64,000 nucleotides of DNA from Salinivirgaceae bacterium (GTDB lineage Bacteria > Bacteroidota > Bacteroidia > Bacteroidales > SZUA-534). Below the pieces are notes generated by a model that made no database searches, was not told the origin of the DNA, and was given only the letters and a program-made list of their open reading frames with translations. The position numbers and the translations under genes are program-made. Of this stretch, positions 10,708-20,930 are shown in pieces. Location of the stretch: the NCBI GenBank assembly GCA_024405635.1, contig JAKSOL010000008.1:61112-125111 (forward strand), read 5' to 3'. Position 1 is the first letter of the stretch, and each line of letters begins with the position of its first letter.

Positions 10708-11994
10708 ATGAGTACACAAAAATTACACTTTGAGACACTTCAACTTCACGTAGGACAAGAGCAAGCTGACCCAACAACCGATTCGCGTGCAGTTCCAATT
10801 TACCAAACCACCTCATACGTTTTCCACAATTCGCAACATGCAGCCGACCGCTTTGGTTTGCGCGATGCTGGTAACATTTACGGCCGTTTGACAAACACTA
10901 CTCAAGGTGTGTTTGAAGACCGAGTGGCAGCACTTGAAGGCGGTGTAGCTGGACTTGCCGTAGCCAGTGGCGCTGCTGCAATAACCTACGCCATTGAAAA
11001 TATTACCCGTAGTGGTGACCACATTGTGGCTGCAAACAACATTTACGGCGGTTCGTACAACTTACTTGCCCACACATTGAGCGTTTATGGTGTTGAAACA
11101 ACTTTTGTTGACCCTTCAGACTTGAACAACTTCCGCAACGCTGTTAAACCAAACACTAAGGCTCTTTACATCGAAACATTTGGCAATCCAAACGCTAGCC
11201 TTATCGACATTGATGCTGTTGCTCAAATAGCACACGAAAACCAAATCCCTCTTATTGTTGACAACACATTTGGCACTCCTTACCTAATTCGACCAATTGA
11301 ACATGGTGCCGATATTGTAGTTCACTCTGCTACCAAATTTTTAGGTGGACACGGCACTTCGCTTGGCGGTGTGATTGTTGACGGTGGAAAATTTGATTGG
11401 AAAGCCTCAGGCAAATTCCCTCAACTTAGCCAACCCGACCCAAGCTACCACGGCATTGTTTTTGCCGATGCTGTTGGCGCCGCCGCTTACGTTACTCGCA
11501 TTCGCGCCATTCTTCTTCGCGACACTGGTGCTGCCATCTCTCCTTTCAACGCATTCATTTTGTTGCAAGGTGTTGAAACTCTATCGCTTCGCATCGAACG
11601 CCATGTTGAAAACACAATTAAGGTTATCGACTATTTGAGCAAAAATCCTAAAGTGAAGAAAATTAATCACCCATCGTTGCCTTCGCACCCTGACCACGAG
11701 TTGTATAAAAAGTACTTTCCAAATGGTGCTGGATCAATTTTCACCTTTGAGATTAACGGCGGACAAGAAGAGGCCTTCCGCTTTATCGACAACTTGAAAA
11801 TATTCTCGTTACTAGCAAACGTTGCCGATGTAAAATCGCTTGTTATTCACCCAGCAACAACCACTCACTCACAATTGAGCCCCGCTGAACTTGAAGAGCA
11901 AGGCATTTACCAAGGCACCATACGCTTGAGCATCGGTACCGAGCACATCGACGACATTATAGCCGACCTTGACCAAGCTTTTGCTAAAATTTAA
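10708..11994 (+). CDS. metY: O-acetylhomoserine/O-acetylserine sulfhydrylase
   Basis: AVPIYQTTSY, GNIYGRL.N, VDNTF, HSATKF PLP lysine, ANVADVKSLVIHPA. Confidence 0.93.
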   Translation: MSTQKLHFETLQLHVGQEQADPTTDSRAVPIYQTTSYVFHNSQHAADRFGLRDAGNIYGRLTNTTQGVFEDRVAALEGGVAGLAVASGAAAITYAIENITRSGDHIVAANNIYGGSYNLLAHTLSVYGVETTFVDPSDLNNFRNAVKPNTKALYIETFGNPNASLIDIDAVAQIAHENQIPLIVDNTFGTPYLIRPIEHGADIVVHSATKFLGGHGTSLGGVIVDGGKFDWKASGKFPQLSQPDPSYHGIVFADAVGAAAYVTRIRAILLRDTGAAISPFNAFILLQGVETLSLRIERHVENTIKVIDYLSKNPKVKKINHPSLPSHPDHELYKKYFPNGAGSIFTFEINGGQEEAFRFIDNLKIFSLLANVADVKSLVIHPATTTHSQLSPAELEEQGIYQGTIRLSIGTEHIDDIIADLDQAFAKI

Positions 11995-12022
11995 TTCGCA
12001 ACCACTAAAACATCTTACTACT

Positions 12023-12490
12023 ATGGCACACATAACAACATGGAACAAAAAATACGGCAAAGACTTTGAAAGCCTAAACCGCGAATGGATTGAAACCTTT
12101 TTTGGTGCCAACACCATTGAACCTATTGACAACGCAGTGCTTACCGACACTCAAAAAACAGTGATTGACAAAGGTGGACAAGTGTTTTTTGCAGTTGAAA
12201 ACGAAAAAGTTTTAGGTTGTTGTGCGCTAATTAACCACGGCCAACTCAAGTACGAAATATCAAAACTTGCAGTTTCGCCCGCAGCCCAAGGCAAAGGCAT
12301 TGCAAGCGCTCTGTTTGACGAGATTTTAGAGTATTCAAAAAAAATAAACGCAAAAAAATTGATCATTGAATCGAACACCAAACTAAAGCCTGCAATACAT
12401 TTGTATCAAAAATATGGGTTTGAAAAAGTTGACAACTTTACATCGACGTACAAACGAGTTGATATTTATTTTGAAAAAACACTAAACTAA
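12023..12490 (+). CDS. GNAT-family N-acetyltransferase
   Basis: LAVSPAAQGKGIA acetyl-CoA motif, AIHLYQKYGF; ATG at 12023. Confidence 0.88.
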   Translation: MAHITTWNKKYGKDFESLNREWIETFFGANTIEPIDNAVLTDTQKTVIDKGGQVFFAVENEKVLGCCALINHGQLKYEISKLAVSPAAQGKGIASALFDEILEYSKKINAKKLIIESNTKLKPAIHLYQKYGFEKVDNFTSTYKRVDIYFEKTLN

Positions 12491-12497
12491 AAATACT

Positions 12498-13427
12498 ATG
12501 GCACAGATATTTAAATCAGCAGATGAGTTAATTGGAAAAACTCCATTATTAGAATTCTCTCATATTGAAAAAGAACTTAACCTAAAAGCAAACATAATTG
12601 CCAAAGTTGAATACTTTAACCCAGGAGGAAGCGTAAAAGACCGCGTGGCAAAAAACATTATTGACAAAGCCGAGCGCGAGGGAAAATTAAACAAAAACAG
12701 CGTGATAATTGAGCCCACATCGGGCAACACAGGCATTGGTTTAGCTTTGGTTGGCGCAGCTCGCGGCTACCGCGTAATAATTGTAATGCCCGACACCATG
12801 AGCGTTGAGCGTCGTACACTAATGACCGCTTACGGTGCCGAACTTGTTTTAAGCGAAGGCGCAAAAGGCATGAAAGGTGCAATAGCAAAAGCCGAAGAAT
12901 TGGCCGCTCAAATTCCTAACAGCCTTATTGCTGGTCAGTTTGTAAACCCAGCCAACCCTGAAATTCACAAACTAACAACTGGTCCTGAAATTTGGCAAGA
13001 CACCGACGGCAATGTTGACATTTTTGTAGCTGGAGTTGGAACAGGAGGAACCATAACCGGAATTGGAGAATTTTTGAAATCGAAAAATCCAAATGTAAAA
13101 GTTGTAGCTGTTGAGCCCGAAACCTCGCCAGTATTGAGCAAAGGAACTGCAGGAGCCCACAAAATTCAAGGCATTGGTGCCGGTTTTGTTCCCGATGTGT
13201 TGAACACCAAAATTTACGACGAAATTATTACCGTAGCCAACGAAGACGCATTTGCAACTGGCAAACTAATTGGCAAAAAAGAAGGCATTTTGGTTGGAAT
13301 TTCGGCAGGCGCTGCAACTTGGGCCGCCATTGAACTTGCCAAACGCCCTGAAAATGCAGGCAAAAACATTGTAGTGTTGTTGCCCGATAGCGGCGACCGT
13401 TACTTAAGCACACCTTTATTTAGTTAA
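12498..13427 (+). CDS. cysK: Cysteine synthase A
   Basis: NPGGSVKDR PLP lysine, EPTSGNTG, GVGTGGT, HKIQGIG, DSGDRYLS. Confidence 0.96.
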   Translation: MAQIFKSADELIGKTPLLEFSHIEKELNLKANIIAKVEYFNPGGSVKDRVAKNIIDKAEREGKLNKNSVIIEPTSGNTGIGLALVGAARGYRVIIVMPDTMSVERRTLMTAYGAELVLSEGAKGMKGAIAKAEELAAQIPNSLIAGQFVNPANPEIHKLTTGPEIWQDTDGNVDIFVAGVGTGGTITGIGEFLKSKNPNVKVVAVEPETSPVLSKGTAGAHKIQGIGAGFVPDVLNTKIYDEIITVANEDAFATGKLIGKKEGILVGISAGAATWAAIELAKRPENAGKNIVVLLPDSGDRYLSTPLFS

Positions 13428-13449
13428 TACACGTTTTTTTATTTCTATG

Positions 13450-13480
13450 GCCGCCTTCGCTTTATGAGGGCGGCTTTTTT
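13450..13480 (+). terminator. Intrinsic terminator after cysK
   Basis: GCCGCCTTC-loop-GAGGGCGGC followed by T6. Confidence 0.8.
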
Positions 13481-13812
13481 ATTTCTTCTCCTCAAATCAT
13501 TAGCAAGTAAAACCTATCTGAAAAAAGGCGAAAGTTGATTAAGAAAATTGCACATATTACTTGAACCTGCAACAATAGCCAACAAAAAATCGATACAATT
13601 CACAAGCACATATTTGTCGGCAAAACAAAACCATTTTGCAAGTACAAACTCCCAACCCAACCACTTTCATGCGCAGCTAAATATTATGTAGCACAAAATG
13701 TTGCAACATATTGTAAATGTTACCAAAAAATCGGGATATTTGCACGCCCATCACACATAGCATTATGCGCATAGAAAAAAGGTGTGATTAAGAAATTTTG
13801 ACAATAAACAAT

Positions 13813-14121
13813 ATGGCTGATAACAACAAGAAACTATTGCCTCACGAGTGTACCAACATAACCGAAGTGAGAGAAGGAATTGACAATATCGACAGAGATA
13901 TAATCAAACTTCTTTCGGACCGATTTGGTTACGTGCGCGAGGTGGTTAAATACAAAGAGCAAACCTCAGCAGGAATTGAAGCCACAGACAGACGCGCGGC
14001 AGTAATATCATCCCGATGCAAATGGGCCGAAGAGGCAGGTCTGAATCCCGATGTCATTGAAAAAGTATATAACACTCTGATTGAGTACTTTATAGTAGAA
14101 GAAAAGAAGTTAATGCATTAA
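13813..14121 (+). CDS. Chorismate mutase type II / isochorismate-pyruvate lyase (PchB-like)
   Basis: EVREGIDNIDRDIIKLLSDRF...K...R pattern of the AroQ fold; ATG at 13813. Confidence 0.8.
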   Translation: MADNNKKLLPHECTNITEVREGIDNIDRDIIKLLSDRFGYVREVVKYKEQTSAGIEATDRRAAVISSRCKWAEEAGLNPDVIEKVYNTLIEYFIVEEKKLMH

Positions 14122-14164
14122 TGCTGATGCAAAAACAAAGCAACAAAATGAACTAAAAATTAAT

Positions 14165-15118
14165 ATGACCATGTTTAGAAAAGAAATCAAAGTATTGGAT
14201 TGCACAGTTCGCGATGGTGGACTGATGAACAAATGGCAGTTCAGCAAAGAATTTGTAAAAGATGTTTACACAGCATGCGTAAATGCTGGAGTAGATTATA
14301 TGGAAATTGGCTACATCAGTAGCGAAGACCAATTCCCTCGTTCAGAGTACGGACCATGGAAATTTTGCGCTGAAAACGAATTGCGCGAGATTGTTGGCGA
14401 CAACAACACCAACACCAAACTATCGGTTATGGCCGACATAGGCCGTATTAAATTTGACGAGATTCGCCCAAAAGAAGAGAGCGTGGTTGACCTTTTCCGT
14501 GTTGCTTGCTACGACTACCAAATTGACAAGGCTATTGAACTTGCTCACCATGTGATGGACAAAGGTTACGAGGCAACCATCAACCTAATGGCAGTATCGA
14601 AAGTTAACGACCGCGCATTGGATCAAGTGCTTGAAGATGTTGCAAAATCGCGCGTTGGCACTTTCTACTTGGTTGATAGTTTTGGTAGCCTTTATTCTGA
14701 AGACATTCACAGCCTAATGGATAAATACATTACCGCACTACCTGGTAAAACCATTGGTTTCCACGGACACAACAACACTCAATTGGCTTTTGCTAACACT
14801 ATTGAATGTATTCGCGATGGCGCAAACATGCTCGATGCTACTATGCTTGGCATTGGCCGCGGTGCTGGTAACTGCCCAATGGAGTTGCTTCTTTCGTTCT
14901 TGAAAAATCCTAAATACAAACTTGAACCAGTTATCAAGTGTATTCAAGATCAAATTCACCCAATGCAAAAACAAATCGATTGGGGCTATTTTATTCCTTA
15001 CATGATTACTGGTGCACAAAACGACCACCCACGCTCTGCTATGGCTTGGATGGCAAGCGACCAACGCGACAACTACCTTGCTTACTACGAGTCGGTTGTT
15101 AAGAACAAGGAAATATAA
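14165..15118 (+). CDS. DRE-TIM metallolyase (4-hydroxy-2-oxovalerate aldolase-like catalytic domain)
   Basis: LDCTVRDGG, VDSFG, GFHGHNN, GIGRGAGN. Confidence 0.85.
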   Translation: MTMFRKEIKVLDCTVRDGGLMNKWQFSKEFVKDVYTACVNAGVDYMEIGYISSEDQFPRSEYGPWKFCAENELREIVGDNNTNTKLSVMADIGRIKFDEIRPKEESVVDLFRVACYDYQIDKAIELAHHVMDKGYEATINLMAVSKVNDRALDQVLEDVAKSRVGTFYLVDSFGSLYSEDIHSLMDKYITALPGKTIGFHGHNNTQLAFANTIECIRDGANMLDATMLGIGRGAGNCPMELLLSFLKNPKYKLEPVIKCIQDQIHPMQKQIDWGYFIPYMITGAQNDHPRSAMAWMASDQRDNYLAYYESVVKNKEI

Positions 15119-15152
15119 TTCTTCTGACGGTTTATTTTTCGAACCATAAAAC

Positions 15153-15190
15153 AAACCCCGAAAGCTTAAAAACTTTCGGGGTTTTTGTTT
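15153..15190. terminator. Probably bidirectional terminator between the convergent aldolase and greA genes
   Basis: AAACCCCGAAAG...CTTTCGGGGTTT, 12-bp perfect stem with A/T-rich flanks. Confidence 0.8.
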
Positions 15191-15276
15191 GTCATTGCTG
15201 CTCTGTTTTGGGAAGTAGCTATACTATTGAGTTGGAGCCAAATCAACCAATTGCTTTGTTGATACCGCTACCATTT

Positions 15277-15750
15277 TCATTGTTCAATTGTTATGCTATC
15301 TATTCTGAGTTTGATTATACTGCCATTGGGCAAAGCAGCCTCCGCTACATCGCCCACCTTTTTGCCTGCCAAAGCCTCTCCAATTGGCGACTTGATTGAT
15401 ATCTTGCCTTCTTTCAGATTGGCTTCGTGCTGATTGACAATGGTATATGTCATTGTGGTGTTGTTTGTTAAGTTGGTAAACTCCACCTTGCGCAACACAC
15501 CAACCACATCGCTGCTCAGATTTGAAGTATCGAGCACACGGGCAAACTGAAGCACATTGGTTTTGAAACGTATTCGACCCATTATTCTTCGTAGCTCGCG
15601 TTTTGCGGCATGATACTCAAAGTTCTCGCTCAAATCGCCTTTTGCACGGGCCTCGGCTAGTTCGTCTTGAGCTTTGGGTAGTTCAACTTTATTCAAATGG
15701 TTCAGCTCGGCTACAAGTTGGTCGTAGCACTCTTGCGACAGGTATTCCAT
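15277..15750 (-). CDS. greA: GreA/GreB-family transcription elongation factor
   Basis: AEARAKGDLSENFEYHAAK; KISIKSPIGEAL.GKKVGD. Confidence 0.9.
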   Translation of the reverse strand: MEYLSQECYDQLVAELNHLNKVELPKAQDELAEARAKGDLSENFEYHAAKRELRRIMGRIRFKTNVLQFARVLDTSNLSSDVVGVLRKVEFTNLTNNTTMTYTIVNQHEANLKEGKISIKSPIGEALAGKKVGDVAEAALPNGSIIKLRIDSITIEQ

Positions 15751-15792
15751 GTTATTTATTCTGCCCTATTGTTTAAGATTGGCTGTATGATG

Positions 15793-15837
15793 AAAAAATG
15801 CCAAGCAACATATTGGACTTGCCGCATGTTGCTTGGC
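15793..15837 (-). terminator. Hairpin/terminator between the SGNH gene and greA
   Basis: GCCAAGCAACAT...ATGTTGCTTGGC, 12-bp perfect stem, then ATTTTTT on the minus strand. Confidence 0.65.
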
Positions 15838-15843
15838 TTTGTT

Positions 15844-16506
15844 TTATTCTTTTATTGCCTCTTGTAGTTGCTCGTAAATGGCTTGCATGCCTTTGATTGA
15901 TGGGTGCCCGTTTTGTTTATCAATATCGTGTAGCTCAATTAGTTGCACGTTGTAGTGTTGGCAAATGGTGCGGCACGATTCGTTTATCTCCTCTTTCAGC
16001 TCAGAATTGAGCATAGCGTATATTTTGGCACGAGGATAATAAAACTTAAGTAGCACTAATAATTTAGATAGTCCTGAACGGAAAAACTTAAGGTCGTCGG
16101 GGGTCCAACTAGAATATTTGTACTCGCCTATTGGTGAATTTGCCCAAGAATCATTTGTTCCTCCAAACACAAAGATGATATCTGGTTCGCCAAGCATATC
16201 GGCACGTGCAATAAACGAAGTACTTCTAACATCCATGCCTCCGTATCCTGTGTTACAAATAGTTGTACCACCCCACGAGTTATTCTCCTCTAGTTGGTAT
16301 CCATTTGCTTTAATGTAGAGGCTCCACCATGTTTGCTCAACTTGCGTAACGTCGTTTTTATCGTTAGGATAAAATGGGGCGTAGCCTTCGGGGTTAGCTC
16401 CATCAAATGTTGAGTACGAGTCGCCAAGAATTGACACTTTTTTGGTTTGTGCTGACATTCCGATACCTATCATTATCAGCAATGCCGAAACGATAATCTT
16501 TTTCAT
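15844..16506 (-). CDS. Secreted SGNH/GDSL hydrolase
   Basis: Signal peptide; ILGDSYS, GGTND, GHP. Confidence 0.85.
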   Translation of the reverse strand: MKKIIVSALLIMIGIGMSAQTKKVSILGDSYSTFDGANPEGYAPFYPNDKNDVTQVEQTWWSLYIKANGYQLEENNSWGGTTICNTGYGGMDVRSTSFIARADMLGEPDIIFVFGGTNDSWANSPIGEYKYSSWTPDDLKFFRSGLSKLLVLLKFYYPRAKIYAMLNSELKEEINESCRTICQHYNVQLIELHDIDKQNGHPSIKGMQAIYEQLQEAIKE

Positions 16507-16572
16507 CTTCTTTTTTTAACTTTAGTTATCTTATTTAAAATCAATCAACTACGTGTTTGTATCTAATACATT

Positions 16573-17184
16573 TTACTGGTTTTGTTGTTTTATCATTTGG
16601 CGCAATTCGCGTTCAAATTGTTGTGCATCAGTAAAAACAATGCCGTTCATGCCGAGGCTACGTCCAGCTTCAATGTTTTCGGCTCTATCATCGGCAAAGA
16701 TACACTCACAGGGCTTCAAATTGTATTTTTTGAACAGCCTATGGTAAATCTCCACTTCGGGTTTTATTACTTTCTCGTCAGACGAGATTATGTATCCATC
16801 GAGCAAGCTAAAAATTTTGAACTGCGTCATGGTAACGTAAATTTTGCTGCACCAGTTCGACAAGCCATAGAGTTTGAAACCTTCGGCTTTAAGCGATACG
16901 AGCAAGTTTTGCATGCCGCTAACTTCGTTTGTTACAATTTCGGGGTAATGGTCCTTAAAGATGCGTATTTCGGGTTCAAACTCCTTGTTATTGCTGATAG
17001 CATCGTCCATAATTGCCTCAAACGTGCGTTCGCCGCGGTCTATTTGATGCTGCATATCGTCGTTGCAAAGAATGGCGATAACCACTTTGCATCTTGCCTC
17101 ATCTGACACATATCTGCCAAAAAAAGTGTCGTAGTTGTAGTCAACCAGCACCTTGCCAAAGTCAAAAACCAAGTTTTTTACCAT
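16573..17184 (-). CDS. HAD-family phosphatase
   Basis: MVKNLVFDFGKVL (ATG 17184), LSNW, IKPE, FADDRAEN. Confidence 0.88.
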   Translation of the reverse strand: MVKNLVFDFGKVLVDYNYDTFFGRYVSDEARCKVVIAILCNDDMQHQIDRGERTFEAIMDDAISNNKEFEPEIRIFKDHYPEIVTNEVSGMQNLLVSLKAEGFKLYGLSNWCSKIYVTMTQFKIFSLLDGYIISSDEKVIKPEVEIYHRLFKKYNLKPCECIFADDRAENIEAGRSLGMNGIVFTDAQQFERELRQMIKQQNQ

Positions 17185-17221
17185 ACTTTTTAGTTTTGCT
17201 AAATACCTCAACTTGTTGCCA

Positions 17222-18703
17222 TTATTTAGCCGAAAGAGGCGTTCCAATGCAAGAGTTTTCGGCATCGGACTCGTCGAGTTTAAATAGCATAAAGTTTTTA
17301 TTGTCGTTGGTAAAAGGTAGCCATTCGCCATCGGTTGGGCCGTTTGGATTAGCGTATTTGCAGAAGTTGACCCATGCGGTGTTCATTTTTTCCGAAAGGT
17401 CCCAGTCGCCTTTTGTCCAAGGACGCCAGCAGTGTTTAAGCGATTTGAATACATACCACAAATCGCTTGAGTGGAACGCACCTTTTAGGCGTTGCGAAAC
17501 CTCGGGATGCGAACCATCGTCGGGCAATGGGCGAGCAAACTGATAAGCGTAAGCTTTGTTGCCGGCCTCCTCGCGGTTAAGGCAGAAGTTTTCGATTTGT
17601 GGGCCCATGTTGCCAGCATCGTGAAGGGTAAAGCCAATCATGTATGGCACATTAGCAAGTGAGCCATCGAGACAAGCATCGTCAAAAGTTTCGAGCAAAG
17701 TATAGTCCTCAATGTAAGGAGAGATGGGCGATGCAGTGAGCGGGCTGCGTTTGCCGGTTACGCTTGTGTAAATGGTTCCAAGACTGTAAATGGTTTCGGT
17801 TGATGCGCGGCGCAATTGTTCAAGTGATTTTAAGTTTGCCCAGTCGGTTACCTCTTTAATTTGCTCAGCAGCATTTTTTAGAGTCAAAGGTTCAGCCCTT
17901 GGCAAGGTGAAACCGCCAAACGAAGGAGCAGGATCGGTAGGTAGGGCCAAACCGCTACCGCTCATAATTACAGCCTTGTTAAACAAACCTTTGGTAAGAG
18001 GCGAAGCGCAAAGAGTTTTAACCGAACGCGAGCCAGCCGACTGTCCAAAAATCATAACATTGTCGGGGTCGCCACCAAACTGTGCAATATTCTTTTTAAC
18101 CCATTTAAGTGCCTCAATTTGGTCAAGAGTGCCAAAGTTGCCCGAAGCTTGATTACCTGCCTCGGCAATAAGTTCAGGATGGGCAAAAAAGCCAAAAGGT
18201 CCAACTCGATAGTTAAAAGTTACAAGAACAATATCTTTTGATGCAAATTCTTGTCCGTCAAATTCTGGTTCTGAGCCCCACCCCTCGCGGAGTCCGCCAC
18301 CAAAAATCCACAAAGCAACAGGCAGCTTCTTTTCGGGCTGAGCCGATGCCTTGGTCCACACGTTAAGGTAAAGGCAATCTTCGGAGTAAGGAGCCTCGTC
18401 GCCATAACCCCATTCGGTTGTATAACCGCCCTCGTAGTGCGCACCTTGAAAAGCCGGATGCCCAAACTTGTTGCATAGTTTTACGCCCTGCCAAGGAAGA
18501 ACAGGTTGCGGCGCTTTCCAACGATTTTCGCCAACTGGTGGTGCTGCAAACGGAATGCCGCGATAAACAACCACGCCTTCAATATCGGCATTAACTCCCT
18601 GAACCTGACCACCTTCGATGGTAAGTATAGGATTTTCTGTATTGTTTTTGCAAGTGCACCCAATAAGTGCGCATGCTGCAATAAGTGTAAAAATCTTTCT
18701 CAT
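17222..18703 (-). CDS. Type-B carboxylesterase/lipase, lipoprotein
   Basis: Lipobox LIGC; GIPFAAPP, SEDCLYLNVW, GQSAG nucleophile, GAFHSSDL. Confidence 0.9.
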   Translation of the reverse strand: MRKIFTLIAACALIGCTCKNNTENPILTIEGGQVQGVNADIEGVVVYRGIPFAAPPVGENRWKAPQPVLPWQGVKLCNKFGHPAFQGAHYEGGYTTEWGYGDEAPYSEDCLYLNVWTKASAQPEKKLPVALWIFGGGLREGWGSEPEFDGQEFASKDIVLVTFNYRVGPFGFFAHPELIAEAGNQASGNFGTLDQIEALKWVKKNIAQFGGDPDNVMIFGQSAGSRSVKTLCASPLTKGLFNKAVIMSGSGLALPTDPAPSFGGFTLPRAEPLTLKNAAEQIKEVTDWANLKSLEQLRRASTETIYSLGTIYTSVTGKRSPLTASPISPYIEDYTLLETFDDACLDGSLANVPYMIGFTLHDAGNMGPQIENFCLNREEAGNKAYAYQFARPLPDDGSHPEVSQRLKGAFHSSDLWYVFKSLKHCWRPWTKGDWDLSEKMNTAWVNFCKYANPNGPTDGEWLPFTNDNKNFMLFKLDESDAENSCIGTPLSAK

Positions 18704-18751
18704 TGTAATTTATTATTTCGGTTTAGTTTATTCAGAATACAAATTTTGAGG

Positions 18752-20047
18752 TTATTCAATGTCCTTAGGAAGGATAAGGTTCATAACAACAGCTAATAAA
18801 AACACAACTGCAACGCAATTTTCGGCAAACACCACACGAATCATTTCGGGAAAAATGCTGAACATTTCAGACGCTGCGGTAAATCCCAATCCCACACTCA
18901 ACGACAACGACACTATAATCATGTTGCGTTGGCTAAAGCCGCATTTGGCTACCATACCAAAGCCGGCAAACAAAATTGAGCCGAACATCATAATGGTGCA
19001 ACCGCCCAACACCGCTTGTGGAATGGTGGTAAGTACTTGTCCCACAGCAGGAAAAATGCCTCCCAAAATCATTACACATGCGCCCGTTGCAATGGCAAAT
19101 CGGTTTACAACCTTGGTCATAGCTGCCAAACCAACATTTTGGCTAAACGATGTGATTGGGGTGCAACCAAACAACCCCGAAAGCGAACTTACAAAGCCGT
19201 CGCAAGCAATGGCGCCCGACAACTCGCGTTCGGTTATGTTGCGATTCAGAGCACCCGAAGTCAGCGCTGTAGTGTCGCCTATTGTTTCGGTTGCCGACAC
19301 TAAATAAATAGCAACTATTGTGATGATTGCGCCCAAATTGAATTCGGGTTTAAATGGTAAAATGTTTGGCAATGCAACAATGCTGCAATTTGCAAGTCCC
19401 GAAAAATCGACCATGCCCATACAAACTGAAAGAACATAGCCCACAATCAAACCAACCAACACCGATAGCGAGCGCAAAAAACCTTTTGCAAACACCTGAC
19501 ACAAGAGGCACGACAACAAAGTTACCGAACCTACAATCCAATTGTTGAGCGAGCCAAAATTGGCAGCTCCTTGTCCGCCTGCAAACGAATTGGCTCCTAT
19601 GGGCAATAGCGAAAACCCTATGCCAATAACAACCGAAGCTGCCACAACGGGCGAAATAATTTTGAGCCAGTACTTGGCAAACAAACCAAGCACACCCTCA
19701 ACCAATCCACCAACAATAACCGCCCCAACCAAAGCGCCCATTCCAAACGAACTTGCCACCGCAATTGCCACCGACAAAAAAGTAAAACTAATGCCCATAA
19801 CAATAGGCAAACGCGAACCGATGCGCCAAACCGGATAAAGCTGAACAAACGTGCCAATGCCTGCTATCACCATGCAGTTTTGTATTAAAGTACTGGCCAA
19901 CGATTGGTCTAAACCTACCACATTTGCAAGAATAATAATTGGGGTTATGTTGCTAACAAACATAGCCAACACGTGCTGCAAGCCAAAAGGAATAGCCTGC
20001 GAAAACGGCACACGACCGTCAATTTGATAAAGTTTGTTGTTTTCCAT
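18752..20047 (-). CDS. pbuX: Nucleobase:cation symporter-2 (xanthine/uracil permease)
   Basis: GLQHVLAMF, ETIGD, TSFSQNVG NCS2 signature; coupled to xpt. Confidence 0.88.
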   Translation of the reverse strand: MENNKLYQIDGRVPFSQAIPFGLQHVLAMFVSNITPIIILANVVGLDQSLASTLIQNCMVIAGIGTFVQLYPVWRIGSRLPIVMGISFTFLSVAIAVASSFGMGALVGAVIVGGLVEGVLGLFAKYWLKIISPVVAASVVIGIGFSLLPIGANSFAGGQGAANFGSLNNWIVGSVTLLSCLLCQVFAKGFLRSLSVLVGLIVGYVLSVCMGMVDFSGLANCSIVALPNILPFKPEFNLGAIITIVAIYLVSATETIGDTTALTSGALNRNITERELSGAIACDGFVSSLSGLFGCTPITSFSQNVGLAAMTKVVNRFAIATGACVMILGGIFPAVGQVLTTIPQAVLGGCTIMMFGSILFAGFGMVAKCGFSQRNMIIVSLSLSVGLGFTAASEMFSIFPEMIRVVFAENCVAVVFLLAVVMNLILPKDIE

Positions 20048-20637
20048 TATTGTTGATTCCTAAAAATTATTTTTTGTGTAGCATAATCCATGCTTTCAAT
20101 AATTGCAAGCGACTCGAGTTTTATGCCACGTTGGCGCAAGTCGCGACCTCCGTTTTGCTGACCTTTTTCAATTGCCACACCAACGCCAACCACATGTCCC
20201 CCAGCCTGTTCCACAATATCAATCAAAGCATTTGCAGCCTTGCCATCGGCCAAAAAATCGTCAACAATCAAGATATTTTCACCAGCCGAAAGGTAAGGGC
20301 GCGACACAAAAACGTTGTTCATTTTTTTGTGCGTGAACGAGTATGCCTGGCTCACATACTTGTCGTCAACCGAGTTTACAGTTTGGCTTTTTTTTGCAAA
20401 AACCACAGGCACATCGTACATGGCAGCCAACATTACAGCAATGGCAATGCCGCTTGCTTCAATGGTAAGAATTTTATCAACTTGTATGCCTTTAAACCTG
20501 CGTTTGAACTCGCAAGCTACTTGACGCATCACGTCAATATCAATCTGATGGTTCAAAAAATTATCAACCTTGAGTACATTTCCCTCAAACACCTTACCAT
20601 CGGCAAGGATTTTTTCTTCAAGAAAATTCATTGTCAT
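20047..20637 (-). CDS. xpt: Xanthine phosphoribosyltransferase
   Basis: VLKVDNFLNHQID, TIEASGI, FAKK, YSFT, IVDDFLADG. Confidence 0.93.
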   Translation of the reverse strand: MTMNFLEEKILADGKVFEGNVLKVDNFLNHQIDIDVMRQVACEFKRRFKGIQVDKILTIEASGIAIAVMLAAMYDVPVVFAKKSQTVNSVDDKYVSQAYSFTHKKMNNVFVSRPYLSAGENILIVDDFLADGKAANALIDIVEQAGGHVVGVGVAIEKGQQNGGRDLRQRGIKLESLAIIESMDYATQKIIFRNQQ

Positions 20638-20930
20638 TTAGCGTTTTTATCCCCTCAACTTCACATTGAGCAAATACAAATTTAATACTTATTGGGCAGC
20701 TTTTGTTTGTTTGCCCAACAATAAAACTTAACGTTTTTGCGCGCGAAACAAAAAGCAAAAGCAGCTTGCAATTAACCTTGATTACAACCTTTGGGTTTGC
20801 ATACAACATGTATAGCGGATTGATACAACGCACTGTTACTATGAACGATTTATTTTGCGAATAGTATATTGTTGATTTTTACCAACTTACATTAAATTGC
20901 GATATTATTCATCGGGTTAAAATGCCCGCA

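Noticed and set aside
20638-20930. Purine riboswitch upstream of xpt-pbuX
   Set aside because: No aptamer core visible; a TAAATTTG -7 element lies only about 40 nt upstream of the start.
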